From assembly GCA_903857795.1 (NCBI GenBank), contig CAIOGM010000122.1, positions 846-64,845 on the forward strand: 64,000 nucleotides of DNA. Reading direction: 5' to 3'. This DNA comes from an uncultured Geobacter sp. (GTDB taxonomy: Bacteria; Desulfobacterota; Desulfuromonadia; Geobacterales; CAIOGM01). This document shows, piece after piece, positions 47,702 to 58,807 of this stretch. The notes under the pieces were generated by a model that was not told the origin of the DNA, did no database searches, and saw only the letters and a program-made list of their open reading frames with translations. Within the stretch, counting starts at the first letter, position 1; every line of letters starts with the position of its first letter. Both the position numbers and the translations under genes were made by a program.

Positions 47702-48460
47702 TTACAGCTTACCCAGTTCGCCGGTGGCCTTAGCCGCCATGTCGTCGTAACTCTTCACCGCCTTGAGGCAGCTCTCGTAATAGCGGGACGTCTCTATGAG
47801 ATTCGCCATCTCCAGGATCGGGTTGACGTTGGAATCCTCCAGGAACCCCTGTTTGACCCCCGTGCTCTTGGCCGGTTCGGCCGTCACCCCCTCCCCGGCG
47901 GTAAACAGCGCCCCTCCGACCTTCTGCAGGGTGTACGGTTTCGGGAATTCGACGACATTCAGGCTCCCCACCTGGTTCCCGTCGGCGAATATCCCCCCCT
48001 TGGCGTCAACCTCGATCTTGTTGCCGACCACGGTAATGGCTCCACCGTTGCTTCCCTGGACCTCGTCCCCCTGGGCGGTAAGGAGCTTCCCCCCGGCGTC
48101 CAGGTGAAAATTCCCCTGCCGGGTATAGGCGGTCCCCTCGGCGCTCTTGACCACGAAATAGCCCTCCCCATCCAGGGCGAAATCCAGCGGGACGCCGCTC
48201 TGCCGTACCGGTCCCCCGGAATAGTCGGTCACGACAGTACCGCCGGTATGCAGCGGTGTCCGCGCCGCCGTTACGGGAGAAGCCGCGACGGCGGGAGAGG
48301 CCGGCGTGGTGGAATTAACATTGGCCAACACGCTTTCGAACAGCACCCGGTCTCTCTTGAACCCGGTGGTGTTAAGATTGGCGAGATTGTTGGTCAGGAC
48401 CTCCATCCGCTGGATTGAAGCCATGCTCCCCGAAAGCGCCGCATACATTCCGCTGTTCAT
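47702..48460 (-). CDS. flgF: Proximal rod protein FlgF
   Basis: [28 protein letters not shown]; precedes flgG. Confidence 0.9.
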   Translation of the reverse strand: MNSGMYAALSGSMASIQRMEVLTNNLANLNTTGFKRDRVLFESVLANVNSTTPASPAVAASPVTAARTPLHTGGTVVTDYSGGPVRQSGVPLDFALDGEGYFVVKSAEGTAYTRQGNFHLDAGGKLLTAQGDEVQGSNGGAITVVGNKIEVDAKGGIFADGNQVGSLNVVEFPKPYTLQKVGGALFTAGEGVTAEPAKSTGVKQGFLEDSNVNPILEMANLIETSRYYESCLKAVKSYDDMAAKATGELGKL

Positions 48461-48525
48461 GATCACTCTCCTTGGCAAACTTCAGGTACAACATCCCAGG
48501 ATATCGAGGGGACAGGATGGCTAAT

Positions 48526-48540
48526 GCAAGAACCTAACCG
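48526..48540 (-). promoter_or_regulatory. Possible sigma54 promoter for flgFGAHI
   Basis: CGGTTAGGTTCTTGC (GG-N10-GC with TTGC); weak -24 element. Confidence 0.4.
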
Positions 48541-48629
48541 GATACGCGGGAATCGGGAAGAATGTGGCAGAAACGTGGGGGGAAGCGGAAATTTTCCTGA
48601 AACACGTGAATAGTGAGTCTAAAAACGGC

Positions 48630-48832
48630 ACTTGAGACACGGAGACACGGAGAAAATCAGGTAATGCATATGGGTGTCATCCTGAGCGACAGCGAAGGAT
48701 CTGCTTCCGCCTGAACAGCAGATCCTTCACTTCGTTCAGGATGACAAACTGAGTTGTAGTGTTGTACCTCGATTGGCCTCAGAGTGAACTATACGAAACT
48801 GTGAGAGATTATTCTCCGTGCCTGCGTGGTGG
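48630..48832. repeat. Nonamer inverted pair enclosing a 72-bp palindrome
   Basis: GAGACACGGAGACACGGAGAA ... TTCTCCGTGCCTGCGTGG; inner TGTCATCCTGAGCGACAGCGAAGGATCTG/CAGATCCTTCACTTCGTTCAGGATGACA at 48675-48746. Confidence 0.75.
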
Positions 48833-48900
48833 ACTGTTTTTTCGAGGTTTATTCGGATTCAAAAACATGACAGCTCTGTCAATTTTTTTTCCGCGACCGG

Positions 48901-49656
48901 TCAATCGTAGTGCGGTTTCATCTTTGATCTGAGCCGGACCACCGCCTGGCTGTGCAGCTGGGAGACCCGCGACTCGGTAAGGCCGAGGATCTCGCCGATG
49001 TCCTTGAGCTTGAGCTCCTCATAGTAGTAGAGGGTGACAACAATCCGCTCCTTCTCCGGCAGGATATCGATACAGCCGGCCAGGGAGTCGATGAGCTGCC
49101 GATACTGGAGCTGCGCCTGGGGATTGAGCGCGGCGTTGTCCGCCACCATATCCAGGAGAGTCACCAGGCTCCCGTCATCATCCTCCATGGATTCGTTGAG
49201 GCTGACAAAGGAGAAGGTATGCACCTCTTCCAGAATCCGGTAGTACTCCTCCAGATCCACCTCCATGGCGGCGGCGACCTCCTCGCCGGAGGGATCGCGC
49301 CCCAGCTTCTGACAGAGGCGGGCGAACTCCCGCTCCAGCCGCTTATACTTTTCCCGTACCGACCGGGAAAGCCAATCCTGAGAGCGGAGCTCATCGAGGA
49401 TCGTCCCCTTGATCCGTTGTTCGGCGAAGGTCTTGAAGAGAATCCCCCTGGCCGGCTCGAACCGTTCGGCGGAGGAGATGAGTCCCATCACCGCGGCGCT
49501 CATAAGTTCATCCTCATCGATATGGGGGGGGAGATGCGCCGCCATCCGTTTGACGATGTACTTGGCCAACGGCAGATGCTCGATGATCAGTGCGTCACGG
49601 ATGGCAAGGGAGCTCCGCTGGGACTCCTCGGCATAGCCTCTCAACGCAGGATTCAT
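48901..49656 (-). CDS. fliA: RNA polymerase sigma28 FliA
   Basis: [35 protein letters not shown]. Confidence 0.97.
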   Translation of the reverse strand: MNPALRGYAEESQRSSLAIRDALIIEHLPLAKYIVKRMAAHLPPHIDEDELMSAAVMGLISSAERFEPARGILFKTFAEQRIKGTILDELRSQDWLSRSVREKYKRLEREFARLCQKLGRDPSGEEVAAAMEVDLEEYYRILEEVHTFSFVSLNESMEDDDGSLVTLLDMVADNAALNPQAQLQYRQLIDSLAGCIDILPEKERIVVTLYYYEELKLKDIGEILGLTESRVSQLHSQAVVRLRSKMKPHYD

Positions 49657-50585
49657 ACATACCTCATGGAAGGGATTTCTTCAAAGTAGCGCCTGAAGAG
49701 GAACTGGATGTTCCCCTTCACCGACTGGGATGCGGGACTGCTCCTGAGCGTGCGAGCCAGTGTGGCGAAACAGCGGGCGGCGGCCGAACGGGGGTGAAGT
49801 TCCACCACCGCCCTCTGCCGACGGACCGAATCAACCAGCCGCTCGTCGCGGACGATACAGCCGAAAAAATCCAGGGAGACATCCAGGAAGCGGCTCACCA
49901 CCTGGGAGAGTCTCTTGAACATCTCCAGCGCCTCATCACTGTCCCTGACCATGTTGACCAGCACCTTGAAGCGCCGTTCCCCGTGGCGGGTCGCCATCAC
50001 CTTGATCAGGGCGTAGACATCGGCCAGTGAGGTCGGCTCCGGAGAGAGGACCACCACGATCTCCTGGGCCGCGGCGTTGAAGTAGGTCACATTCTCCGAG
50101 ATGCCGCTCTCCGTATCGATGATCAGGACGTCGAACTCCTCGTCGATGGCGTCCAGCTCATCCATCAGGAGGAGCCGTTCCCGCGGGTTGAGTATGGAGC
50201 ACCGGTCGCCTCCCGATCCGGCGGGGATGATCCTGATCCCGCCGGGTCCGGTCACGATGACCTCGGAGAGACGCCGGCTCCCGTTGAAGACGTCGTCCAG
50301 GGTCAGCGTCGGCCGCAGCCCCAGGAGGATCCCCACATTCCCCAGCCCCACATCGGCATCCATGACCAGAACCCGCTCCCCCTCGTTGGCCAGAGCCAGG
50401 GCGAGGTTCACCACCACGCTGCTCTTGCCGACCCCCCCCTTGCCGCTGGTGACCGAGATGACACGGGCGCCGCACTTCTTCTTCGCCGGAGGGAGAGTAG
50501 TGGCGAACCGGATCTGGCCGGGATAAGCCCCCGCCATCATGTTCAGCCGGTCGGTATGGATCATCACTCCACTGCTGCAGTTCAT
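49653..50585 (-). CDS. flhG: MinD/ParA-family ATPase FlhG (FleN)
   Basis: [25 protein letters not shown]. Confidence 0.93.
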   Translation of the reverse strand: MNCSSGVMIHTDRLNMMAGAYPGQIRFATTLPPAKKKCGARVISVTSGKGGVGKSSVVVNLALALANEGERVLVMDADVGLGNVGILLGLRPTLTLDDVFNGSRRLSEVIVTGPGGIRIIPAGSGGDRCSILNPRERLLLMDELDAIDEEFDVLIIDTESGISENVTYFNAAAQEIVVVLSPEPTSLADVYALIKVMATRHGERRFKVLVNMVRDSDEALEMFKRLSQVVSRFLDVSLDFFGCIVRDERLVDSVRRQRAVVELHPRSAAARCFATLARTLRSSPASQSVKGNIQFLFRRYFEEIPSMRYV

Positions 50586-52321
50586 GGTGTCATCTCCCCG
50601 AGAACAAGATCGGCGACCCGCTTGGGAGTCGCGACCAGTAGGTCCTCCGGCACTCTCTGGCCGGTGGTGAAGTAGGAAAGGGGCACCCTGTTCTTCAGAT
50701 GCATGTTGATGATACAGCCGAAACTCTCGCTCTCATCCAGCTTGGTGAAGAGCACCTTCCCCACCGGGAGAATGCTGAACCGGGCGAAGATCTGCTCCAG
50801 CTCCCGGTCCCGGGTGGTCGCCGCCAGACAGAGATGGGTCTCGATCTCCGGATTAACCTCCAGAAACTCCTTCATCTCCAGGAGCCGCTCCTGGTCCCGG
50901 GGGTTACGGCCGGAGGTGTCGATGAAGATCAGCTGCTTGTCGCTGTTGGCGTCGATGGCAGCGGCCAGCTCGGCGGGGCTCTCGGCCACGGCGAAGGGGA
51001 GCCCCATGATGGCGGCATACGCCTTCAGCTGATCCACGGCGCCGATGCGGTAGGTATCGGTGGTGATGATGGAGACCCGAACCCGGTGCTTTACCGCAAG
51101 CGCCGCCAGCTTGGCGATGGTCGTGGTCTTTCCCACCCCGGTGGGGCCGACAAAAGCCATGATGCGCGGGGAGTCATTCTTCAGAGCCACCTGCTTGGCG
51201 CAGACCACGCCGGCCATGATCGCCTCGCGCAGTCGCTCGCGGAGCAGTTCGTGGCTTTCGCCAGCCAGCGGCGCCCCCCTGAGCGGCGCCAGGAGCAGTT
51301 CGATCTCCTCTTCCCCTACCCCGTTGGTGCGGAGCAGTTCCCCGAAGCTCTCCGCCTGCTCCTGAACCAGAGGAACAACCGTCGCTGTTTTCACGGGAGG
51401 CTCCACGTCAGCGGTCGGTTCCAGGTTGAGGAACCGCTGCAGGGCCACCTTCAGATCATCGGCCTCCGAGCAGTGGTGGTGTGCCGGACGGTTTTCTCCG
51501 GCATCGGGTTTCCACTGGGTCTGCCGTCCCGCCGCCGGGGCGCCGATCGCCACCCCTGAAAACGTGGGGAACTCACCGGCGCTCTTCCCCTCGCGCAACC
51601 CCGACGGGGCGCCGGAACCGGCGGCAGGAAGGGGCTTGAAGGCGGCGGGTCTGGCCGTCCCCGACCCGTTGGCGAGGGCCAACAGCTGTTTCAACTCGTC
51701 CAGATCCCGCCGTCCGGCGGAGAGCTCTCTCCGCTCCACGGGCGGGACAGCCGCGCTCTCCTGCTCCTTGCGGCTCCCCATGGATGCCAGGAGAATCTTT
51801 TTCAGCTCTTCGATGTCGCCGCGAAGCTTTTCGGTGGCTGCGGAGTCGGGAACCGGCTTGCCCGGTGAGCCCCCTTTCTCCCCCTCCCCCGCACGGATCA
51901 GATACTGCTTCAGCTCTTCAACCCCGAAGCGGGGATCAACGGGATTCACCGGAGAGTCTGATGGTTTGCGCGCCGCCGGGAACGGCTCAACCTTCTCTTC
52001 CGGCGCGGAGAGTACTTCGACCCGGGAGCGGAGCTCCTTGAGCTCCCGGGCCAGGGGGGCCAGCATGGAGTTCTGGAACTCTTCCCTGGTGTTGGTCTGG
52101 CGGGCCGGCTCTTTCGGCGGCTCCGGCACGGGATAGTCGGCCCGGGTGGGGCGGCTGTCCAGGAGCGCGGTGACCTCGTAGTACGGCTTGGCGAAAAAGG
52201 AAAAGAGCCCCTTGCGCCGCAGCTTCTTGGAGGTAAGGATCATGGCGTCGGGGCCGAACTCGGCCTTGACCAGCCGGAGCGCCTCCGCCATATCCTTAGC
52301 CTGAAAGGTTTTAATTTGCAT
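50582..52321 (-). CDS. flhF: SRP-family GTPase FlhF with long N-terminal linker
   Basis: [39 protein letters not shown]. Confidence 0.95.
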   Translation of the reverse strand: MQIKTFQAKDMAEALRLVKAEFGPDAMILTSKKLRRKGLFSFFAKPYYEVTALLDSRPTRADYPVPEPPKEPARQTNTREEFQNSMLAPLARELKELRSRVEVLSAPEEKVEPFPAARKPSDSPVNPVDPRFGVEELKQYLIRAGEGEKGGSPGKPVPDSAATEKLRGDIEELKKILLASMGSRKEQESAAVPPVERRELSAGRRDLDELKQLLALANGSGTARPAAFKPLPAAGSGAPSGLREGKSAGEFPTFSGVAIGAPAAGRQTQWKPDAGENRPAHHHCSEADDLKVALQRFLNLEPTADVEPPVKTATVVPLVQEQAESFGELLRTNGVGEEEIELLLAPLRGAPLAGESHELLRERLREAIMAGVVCAKQVALKNDSPRIMAFVGPTGVGKTTTIAKLAALAVKHRVRVSIITTDTYRIGAVDQLKAYAAIMGLPFAVAESPAELAAAIDANSDKQLIFIDTSGRNPRDQERLLEMKEFLEVNPEIETHLCLAATTRDRELEQIFARFSILPVGKVLFTKLDESESFGCIINMHLKNRVPLSYFTTGQRVPEDLLVATPKRVADLVLGEMTP

Positions 52322-54404
52322 TGAGACTCACCACTCCCAAGGATTGAATCTTGATATTCGGCGGGACCTCGCTGTGCGACAGCACCACCAGGTTCGGCAG
52401 AAAGCGCTCCGTAAGCTTTTTAATGTGACGTCTGATGGAAGGTGAGGCGATCAGCACCGGGTTAGTCCCCGTGACATTGAATTTTTCCATTTCATGACGC
52501 AGGCTCAGCAGAATCTTCTGCACGATGGCCGGCTCACACGCCAGGTAGCTCCCCTGATCGTTGGACTGGACCCCGTCGATGACCGCCTCCTCCACGCTCC
52601 GGTCGAGGCTCAACAGACAGAGGGTATCGTCGTCGGATTTGTACTGCTCGACGATGCTTCTCCCCAGCCCCTGGCGGACGAACTCCGTCAACATCTCCGG
52701 GTCTTTGGTGATCCCCCCGTAATCGGCCAGGGTCTCCATGATGCTCCGGAGGTCGCGAATAGAGGTCCCTTCACGGAGCAGGTTCCGGACGACCCGCAGG
52801 ACCGTGCCGATGGAGAGGATCGATGGGACCAGCTCTTCCACCACCTTGGGACAGGTAGTGGCCAGATTGTCCATGAGCTGCTGCAACTCCTGACGTCCCA
52901 CCAGCTCATGGGAGTATTTTTTGATGGTCTCGCCGATATGCGTGGCGACCACGGTGGTGTTGTCCACCACGGTGTAGCCGCAGAGCTGGGCATGCTCCTT
53001 GTCGGCGCCACGGATCCAGACGGCGGGAAGCCCGAAGACCGGTTCGGTGGTCCGCGCCCCTTCGACCTCACCGGTGGTGGCCCCGGAATCCATGGCCAGA
53101 AACTGGCCGGTCAGCTCGCCCCCGCCGACCTTTGCCCCCTTTATGAGGATGCTGTATTCGTAGGGACGCAGCTGCAGATTATCATGAATATGAATCGGAG
53201 GGACTATAAAACCCATCTTCTGGGCGTACTGACGGCGGATATTCCTGATCCGATCCAGCAGTTCTCCCTCCTGGGACTCGTCCACCAGCGGCACCAGGGC
53301 GTACCCCACTTCCAGCTCCAGCATCTCCAGCGGCTTGATGGAACGGATCTGGTCCCCCCCCTCTTCCCCTTCGGCTGGGCCGTCCATGAGCTGCGATTCA
53401 TCCTCCCCCTCAATCTTCTCCTTGGCCACCCGACCGGCCAGGTACGCCCCCCCGGCGAGGGTAAAAAAGGCGAGGTGAGGCAGTCCCGGCAGCATACCGA
53501 AGCAGACAAGGATGCCGCAGAGGGTGTAACAGGCCCGGGGATAGTAGAGGAACTGACCACTGATCTCGCGGCCGAAGTTGTTCTCATCGGCGGAGCGGGT
53601 AACGATGATGCCGCCGGCGGTGGAGATGATGAGGGCGGGAATCTGGGCCATGAGCCCCTCCCCAACCGTCAGCAGGCTGTAGTTGGCCAGCGCCGTGTCA
53701 AACGGCATCCCCTGCTGCCAGACCCCGATGACAAAGCCACCGATCAGGTTGATCAGCATGATCAGGATCCCGGCGACGGCGTCTCCCCGGACGAACTTGC
53801 TGGCGCCGTCCATGGAGCCGTAGAATTCCGCCTCACGGGAGATCTTCAGCCGCCGGGCCTTGGCCTCCTTGTCGGTGATGGAACCGGAGGAGAGGTCGGC
53901 GTCGATGGCCATCTGCTTGCCGGGCATGGCGTCCAGGGTGAAGCGCGCGGCCACTTCGGCCACGCGACCGGCGCCCTTGGTGATGACCACGAAGTTGATG
54001 ATGACCAGGATGAGAAAGAGCACCGCGCCGACCACGTAGTTGCCGCCAACCACGAACTGCCCGAAGGACTTGATGACCGCACCGGCCGCCTCCGGCCCCT
54101 CATTGCCGTGGAGCAGGATGAGCCGGGTCGAGGCGATGTTGAGGGCCAGGCGGAACAGGGTGGTCACCAGGAGCACGGAAGGAAATACGGAAAAATCGAG
54201 TGGTTGGGTGGTATAAAGACAGACCAGCAGGATGGCGAGGGCAATGGTTACGTTGGCGGCCAGGAAGACATCCAGCATGAAGGCGGGAAGCGGGATCACC
54301 ATGAGCCCCAGCACCCCTACCAGCGCCAGTGCCATGATGACATCGGAGTTCTTTTTCAGCATCGAAGAATCGAACCCCTGAGACGGAACCGCCAGATCTG
54401 CCAT
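52311..54404 (-). CDS. flhA: Export gate protein FlhA
   Basis: RVAEVAARFTLDAMPGKQMAIDADL, FYGSMDGASKFVRGDA. Confidence 0.97.
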   Translation of the reverse strand: MADLAVPSQGFDSSMLKKNSDVIMALALVGVLGLMVIPLPAFMLDVFLAANVTIALAILLVCLYTTQPLDFSVFPSVLLVTTLFRLALNIASTRLILLHGNEGPEAAGAVIKSFGQFVVGGNYVVGAVLFLILVIINFVVITKGAGRVAEVAARFTLDAMPGKQMAIDADLSSGSITDKEAKARRLKISREAEFYGSMDGASKFVRGDAVAGILIMLINLIGGFVIGVWQQGMPFDTALANYSLLTVGEGLMAQIPALIISTAGGIIVTRSADENNFGREISGQFLYYPRACYTLCGILVCFGMLPGLPHLAFFTLAGGAYLAGRVAKEKIEGEDESQLMDGPAEGEEGGDQIRSIKPLEMLELEVGYALVPLVDESQEGELLDRIRNIRRQYAQKMGFIVPPIHIHDNLQLRPYEYSILIKGAKVGGGELTGQFLAMDSGATTGEVEGARTTEPVFGLPAVWIRGADKEHAQLCGYTVVDNTTVVATHIGETIKKYSHELVGRQELQQLMDNLATTCPKVVEELVPSILSIGTVLRVVRNLLREGTSIRDLRSIMETLADYGGITKDPEMLTEFVRQGLGRSIVEQYKSDDDTLCLLSLDRSVEEAVIDGVQSNDQGSYLACEPAIVQKILLSLRHEMEKFNVTGTNPVLIASPSIRRHIKKLTERFLPNLVVLSHSEVPPNIKIQSLGVVSLNAN

Positions 54405-54454
54405 CGAAACCACTCCCGTATATCAATAAAAAAATCCGTCCGTTATGGTGGACT

Positions 54455-54469
54455 GCAACCGTTGTGCCA
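54455..54469 (-). promoter_or_regulatory. Sigma54 promoter for the flhA operon
   Basis: TGGCACAACGGTTGC, consensus match. Confidence 0.85.
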
Positions 54470-54503
54470 CTTGGCGCGACGAAACAAGGGAGAAAGCCGT
54501 AGT

Positions 54504-54836
54504 CCACCACGGAGGCACGGAGACACGGAGAAAAATAGTCATATACAACAGTCTGTTGCACCGTTGCGACCTGTACCTTCGATCTAAAAAAGTCGGGGTG
54601 AAATTATTTTGAAAACGGCAGTTCAAATAACACTGAGCAACGGAGCAACCGAGGAATCAAGACCTTACGTCAAGAGAGTTTTTTTGCAACAAGGTGAGTC
54701 GTTGAAAATATTTTCTCAATGAATTTCGCCCGGATTCCACTCCGTTGCTCAGTTGCTCCGTGTTTCAAGTGCTCTTCCAAGGATTATACGGCGGAGTTTC
54801 TCTTTGAGTTCTCCATGTCTCCGTCTCTCCGTGGTT
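54504..54836. repeat. Two nested inverted pairs of 9-nt-period repeats
   Basis: Outer CCACGGAGGCACGGAGACACGGAGAA / TTCTCCATGTCTCCGTCTCTCCGTGG; inner CACTGAGCAACGGAGCAACCGAG / CTCCGTTGCTCAGTTGCTCCGTG. Confidence 0.75.
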
Positions 54837-54952
54837 CAAATGCCGCTTGAGGGATGGGATTTTTGTGCGAGACGGTAATTTGACACGGTTTCGTACGACT
54901 GCGGGAGGGGCCAAGGTTTTGACCTGTCGGCATGAAGAGAGGAAAAGAAGCG

Positions 54953-55357
54953 CTAACTTCGCCGGGAGAGGTAGGAGGCGAACTCCTTGTCAGAGACGCG
55001 GATATGTTTTATGAACCAGAGAATCAGGAGCCGCTTGGCGACCATGATATGTCTCGAGTTGGTATCGTCTCCACGCACATCGGCCTGGAGCCGGGTGAGA
55101 TCATCCAGGAACGTGCGATGAGCAATTTTGTGCTCGGCAAGTTCAGGGTACCGTGAGCCGGCCATATAATCCTCTTCATCCCAGAAGTGCTGCTGGGTAT
55201 ACCGTTCCAGGAAGAGGAGAAGCTCCGTCAGCACTCCCAGGGCGACCCCCTGGTCGAAGGCGTCGGAGAACGCATCGAAGCGGCTGAATATCTCCTTATG
55301 TTGGATATCCACCACCTCGATGCCGGTGGCCAGATCGTCCTGCCAGGTAATCGCCAT
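54953..55357 (-). CDS. Single-domain bacteriohemerythrin
   Basis: W...LATG...DIQH, HFWDEE.YM, YP...HKIAH, W..KHI...D. Confidence 0.92.
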   Translation of the reverse strand: MAITWQDDLATGIEVVDIQHKEIFSRFDAFSDAFDQGVALGVLTELLLFLERYTQQHFWDEEDYMAGSRYPELAEHKIAHRTFLDDLTRLQADVRGDDTNSRHIMVAKRLLILWFIKHIRVSDKEFASYLSRRS

Positions 55358-55390
55358 GATTCCTCTCCTTCACTATAGAGTGCGCTCCCG

Positions 55391-56455
55391 TCAAATTTTG
55401 CCCCGCATGCTGAAGACGTAGGCCAGGATCTCCGCGACCGCGGCGTAGAGACTCTCGGGGATCTCGTGCCCTTCTTTCACCTGGGCGTACAGCTCCCGCG
55501 CCAGGAAGCGGTTTTCCGCGATCATCACCTTGTGCTCCCGTGCGATCTGCTTGATCCGCTGGGCCATGTTGTCGGCCCCCTTGGCGATGACAATGGGCGC
55601 TCCCATCCGCTCCCGATCGTATTTCAGGGCGACGGCATAATGGGTCGGGTTCGTCACGATGACATCGGCGGTGGGGATGATCTTCTGCATCCGGCGGTTG
55701 TGCTGGGCAAACTGGAGGTTTCGGATCTTTCCCTTGACCTGGGGGTCCCCATCAGAATCCTTATGCTCCTGCTTTACCTCTTCCTTGGTCATCTTGATAT
55801 TGGAGGTGAAACGCCACCGGGTATAAAAGAGATCGAGGATAGCCAGGCCGAAAAGCACCCCACAGCTGTTGATGACCAGCCGGAAGGAGAGCCTGCCGAT
55901 ATAGACGAAGATCTCATCCAGATCCTGCTCTCCCAGAAAGGTCAGGTTCTCCGCCTCCCCGTGGATGATCCGGTAGGCGATGTACCCCACGAAGGCGATC
56001 TTCAGGGACGATTTCACCATCTCCACGACGGCGTCCTTGTTGAAGAGCCTCCCGAAGCCGCTGATGGGATTCATGGAGTCGAACTTGAGCGCCAACTTGT
56101 CGAAGTTGACCGAGGCGTCCCCCTGGGCAAAATGGAGGGCCAGACCGGAGGCCATGACGGTGAGCAGAAAGGGGCCAAGGATCAGCCCCATGATGCCGAA
56201 GAACTTCACCATGAGGCCGTACACTCCCCCCTCGGTGACCTGGGACGGCTCCAGGTTTCCCAGTATCTCCCGACTCCCCTGCTGGAGGGTGGCGAACATG
56301 TAGCGGCCGGTGGCGGAGAGGGCCAGGATTCCCGCCAGGAGAGTTATGGTGGAGTTGAGGTCGCGGCTTCGGGGAGGACCGCTGTCCTTGAGGGCGTCTC
56401 CCCTCCGTTTCTCGGTGGGTTCTTCTGTTTTTGAGTGTTTGTCTTCGTCAGACAT
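55391..56455 (-). CDS. flhB: Export switch protein FlhB
   Basis: KTEEPT, KMTKEEVKQE, TNPTH autocleavage motif. Confidence 0.97.
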   Translation of the reverse strand: MSDEDKHSKTEEPTEKRRGDALKDSGPPRSRDLNSTITLLAGILALSATGRYMFATLQQGSREILGNLEPSQVTEGGVYGLMVKFFGIMGLILGPFLLTVMASGLALHFAQGDASVNFDKLALKFDSMNPISGFGRLFNKDAVVEMVKSSLKIAFVGYIAYRIIHGEAENLTFLGEQDLDEIFVYIGRLSFRLVINSCGVLFGLAILDLFYTRWRFTSNIKMTKEEVKQEHKDSDGDPQVKGKIRNLQFAQHNRRMQKIIPTADVIVTNPTHYAVALKYDRERMGAPIVIAKGADNMAQRIKQIAREHKVMIAENRFLARELYAQVKEGHEIPESLYAAVAEILAYVFSMRGKI

Positions 56456-56459
56456 GGGA

Positions 56460-57248
56460 TCAGGCTCCCAACAGCCGGAAGAGGATACTCATCTGCTGAG
56501 AGAGATTGGCGAAGGAGTTGCTGAGGGTATGAAAGAAGACCTTCGCGGTGATCCCGAGGACGATGAAGCCAAGCCCGATGTTCAGGGGGAAACTCATCAT
56601 GAAGATGTTCATCTGGGGGAAGATCCGCGCCATGACCCCCAGGGAGACGGTGGCCGCCAGCAGGGAGGCCATAAGCGGCGCGGCCAGCTTGATCGCCAGA
56701 GTGAAGATCCCCCCGGTGGTGCTCACCACGAAGGCCAGGAGTGCGCCATTCACATGCCACGCCCCCAGCGGGACTACCCGATAACTCTCGATGATGGCGT
56801 TCAGGAAGAGGTGGTGCATCCCCAGGGTCATGAAGAGGAGCGTCGCCAGCAGATTCTCCAGCACCGACAGCACCGCCGTCTGCGTCCCCATGGTGGGGTC
56901 GAACATGGACGCCGTGGTGAACCCCATCTGCATACCGATGAACTGTCCGCAGAATTCAACCGCGGAGAAGACCACCTGGGAGAGGAGCCCCATGGAGAGC
57001 CCCACGAGCACCTCCCTCCCCACGAGCAGTCCCAGGGAGAGCACATCCGTCGGAATGGCCGGTAAATAGCTCCGCACCACGGGGAAGAAGACCAGCGCCA
57101 TGGTGAAGATGATCGCAACCTTGACTCTGGAGGGAACCCCCTTGCCGCCGAACAGCGGGATGGCCGTGAAGAGCCCCGCCATCCGCCCGATCACCAGGGT
57201 GAACAGGATAATCTCCGACGGCTCCGGAAAGGGGAGGAGCGGAAACAC
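56460..57248 (-). CDS. fliR: FliR
   Basis: GQFIGMQMGF, FDP, PQMNIF. Confidence 0.95.
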   Translation of the reverse strand: MFPLLPFPEPSEIILFTLVIGRMAGLFTAIPLFGGKGVPSRVKVAIIFTMALVFFPVVRSYLPAIPTDVLSLGLLVGREVLVGLSMGLLSQVVFSAVEFCGQFIGMQMGFTTASMFDPTMGTQTAVLSVLENLLATLLFMTLGMHHLFLNAIIESYRVVPLGAWHVNGALLAFVVSTTGGIFTLAIKLAAPLMASLLAATVSLGVMARIFPQMNIFMMSFPLNIGLGFIVLGITAKVFFHTLSNSFANLSQQMSILFRLLGA

Positions 57249-57251
57249 CGG

Positions 57252-57521
57252 TCAATGCCTCATGTTGGCGATCATGCCGTAGATCTCACGGGTGAAGTCG
57301 GACATATAGCTCATCATCCAGGGAAAGAAGATGATCATCGCCACCATGACCGCAACGATCTTGGGGACAAAGGCGAGGGTCGCCTCATTGATGGAGGTCA
57401 CCGTCTGAAAGACGCTCACCAGAAGCCCCACCACCAGGCTGAAGATCAGGAGCGGCGCCGACAGGAGCAGGGTGACCTCGAAGCTGCGGCGGGCCAGTTG
57501 TACGATCAGTTCAGGGGTCAT
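57252..57521 (-). CDS. fliQ: FliQ
   Basis: VGLLVSVFQTVTSINEATLAFVPK. Confidence 0.97.
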   Translation of the reverse strand: MTPELIVQLARRSFEVTLLLSAPLLIFSLVVGLLVSVFQTVTSINEATLAFVPKIVAVMVAMIIFFPWMMSYMSDFTREIYGMIANMRH

Positions 57522-57540
57522 GAAGCCGCCGGTGAAGCAG

Positions 57541-57573
57541 GTTGAGGTTGAGGTTGAGGTTGAGGTTGAGGTT
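57541..57573. repeat. Hexamer tandem repeat (GTTGAG) x5.5 between fliP and fliQ
   Basis: Read directly from the sequence. Confidence 0.9.
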
Positions 57574-57578
57574 CCCCG

Positions 57579-58337
57579 TCAGCCGAAACTCTTGACCAGG
57601 GAGCCGATCACCAGCCCCCAGCCGTCCACCAGGACGAAGAGGAGAATCTTGAAAGGGAGCGAGATCATGGCTGGCGGGAGCATCATCATCCCCATGGACA
57701 TGAGCACCGAGGCGACCACCATGTCCAGCACCAGAAAGGGAATGTAGATGAGAAAACCGATCTGAAACGCGGTGCGCAACTCGCTGATGATAAACGCCGG
57801 CACGATGGTCAGGGTGGGGACATCATCGGAATTCTTGGGGCGCGCCTGCTTGGAGAGGCTGATGAAGAGCGCCAGATCTTTCTCCCTGACCTGGGAGAGC
57901 ATGAACTTCCTGATGGGGGCGACCCCGCGATTCAGCGCCTGCTCCTGGGTGATCGTCTGAGCCTTGTACGGCTCCAGGGCCTGGCTGTTCACCTGCTGCC
58001 AGACCGGGGTCATGATGAAAAAAGTCAGGAAGAGCGAGAGGGCGATGACAATCTGGTTGGAAGGGGCCTGCTGGGTCCCCATGGCGTTCCGGAGAAACGA
58101 GAGAACCACGACGATCCGGGTAAACGAGGTCGTCATGATCAAGAGACTCGGCGCCAGGGAGAAGATCGTCATGAGGAAGAGGATCTGGAGCACCGTGGCC
58201 GTCTCCCCCGGTTTCGACGCCGTCCCTACCCCCAGTAATCCGGGGAGCGAGAGCGTCTCGGCCGCTGCGGTTCCGGCAGTCAGCAGGAGCGCGACCGCGG
58301 CGACCGGCAGGCCATATCTTTTCACCGGGAATCTCAT
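57579..58337 (-). CDS. fliP: FliP
   Basis: [35 protein letters not shown]. Confidence 0.97.
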   Translation of the reverse strand: MRFPVKRYGLPVAAVALLLTAGTAAAETLSLPGLLGVGTASKPGETATVLQILFLMTIFSLAPSLLIMTTSFTRIVVVLSFLRNAMGTQQAPSNQIVIALSLFLTFFIMTPVWQQVNSQALEPYKAQTITQEQALNRGVAPIRKFMLSQVREKDLALFISLSKQARPKNSDDVPTLTIVPAFIISELRTAFQIGFLIYIPFLVLDMVVASVLMSMGMMMLPPAMISLPFKILLFVLVDGWGLVIGSLVKSFG

Positions 58338-58807
58338 CCTTCACTCCGCGAAAACGCCGCCGAGAGCCGGGGGAGTGTCAAGTTCCCCATGAATCCTTCG
58401 AGCCGTGCCTGAAATTTTTCTCCGGTGGTAACCTCCCGCCCCACCACCTCGATCACCTCGGCCTCTTCCACCATGTCGATCTGCTTGATGAGGCTGATGC
58501 CGTCGGCATCGCTGCTGAGGAGCAGGTACTCTCCGGCCACCTCCACGAGAAGTAGAGATTTCTTCGGCGCCAGGCAGCGGGACTCCACCACCCGGATATG
58601 GGTTCGGAGGCCGTTCCCCCCCTTTATGCCGGTGAGAGTCCGGCGGCCCAGATAGGCCAGAAGGTAGATCGCCCCCAGCACCACCGCCAGAGAGGAGAAC
58701 ATCTGCAGCAGACAGGTGGTAAAACTGAAGCCGCCATCGCCCCCCGTGCCGGCCAGAGCAGCGCCGGGGAAGAGGCACCCTGCCATTACCGCCATAAGAC
58801 GCCTCAT
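58334..58807 (-). CDS. fliO: FliO/FliZ
   Basis: One TM helix then L.PKKSL.LVEV.GEYLL; between fliN and fliP. Confidence 0.85.
   Translation of the reverse strand: MRRLMAVMAGCLFPGAALAGTGGDGGFSFTTCLLQMFSSLAVVLGAIYLLAYLGRRTLTGIKGGNGLRTHIRVVESRCLAPKKSLLLVEVAGEYLLLSSDADGISLIKQIDMVEEAEVIEVVGREVTTGEKFQARLEGFMGNLTLPRLSAAFSRSEG

Noticed and set aside
52494-54587. 697-aa plus-strand ORF
   Set aside because: Antisense shadow of flhA in GC-rich DNA; no recognisable motifs
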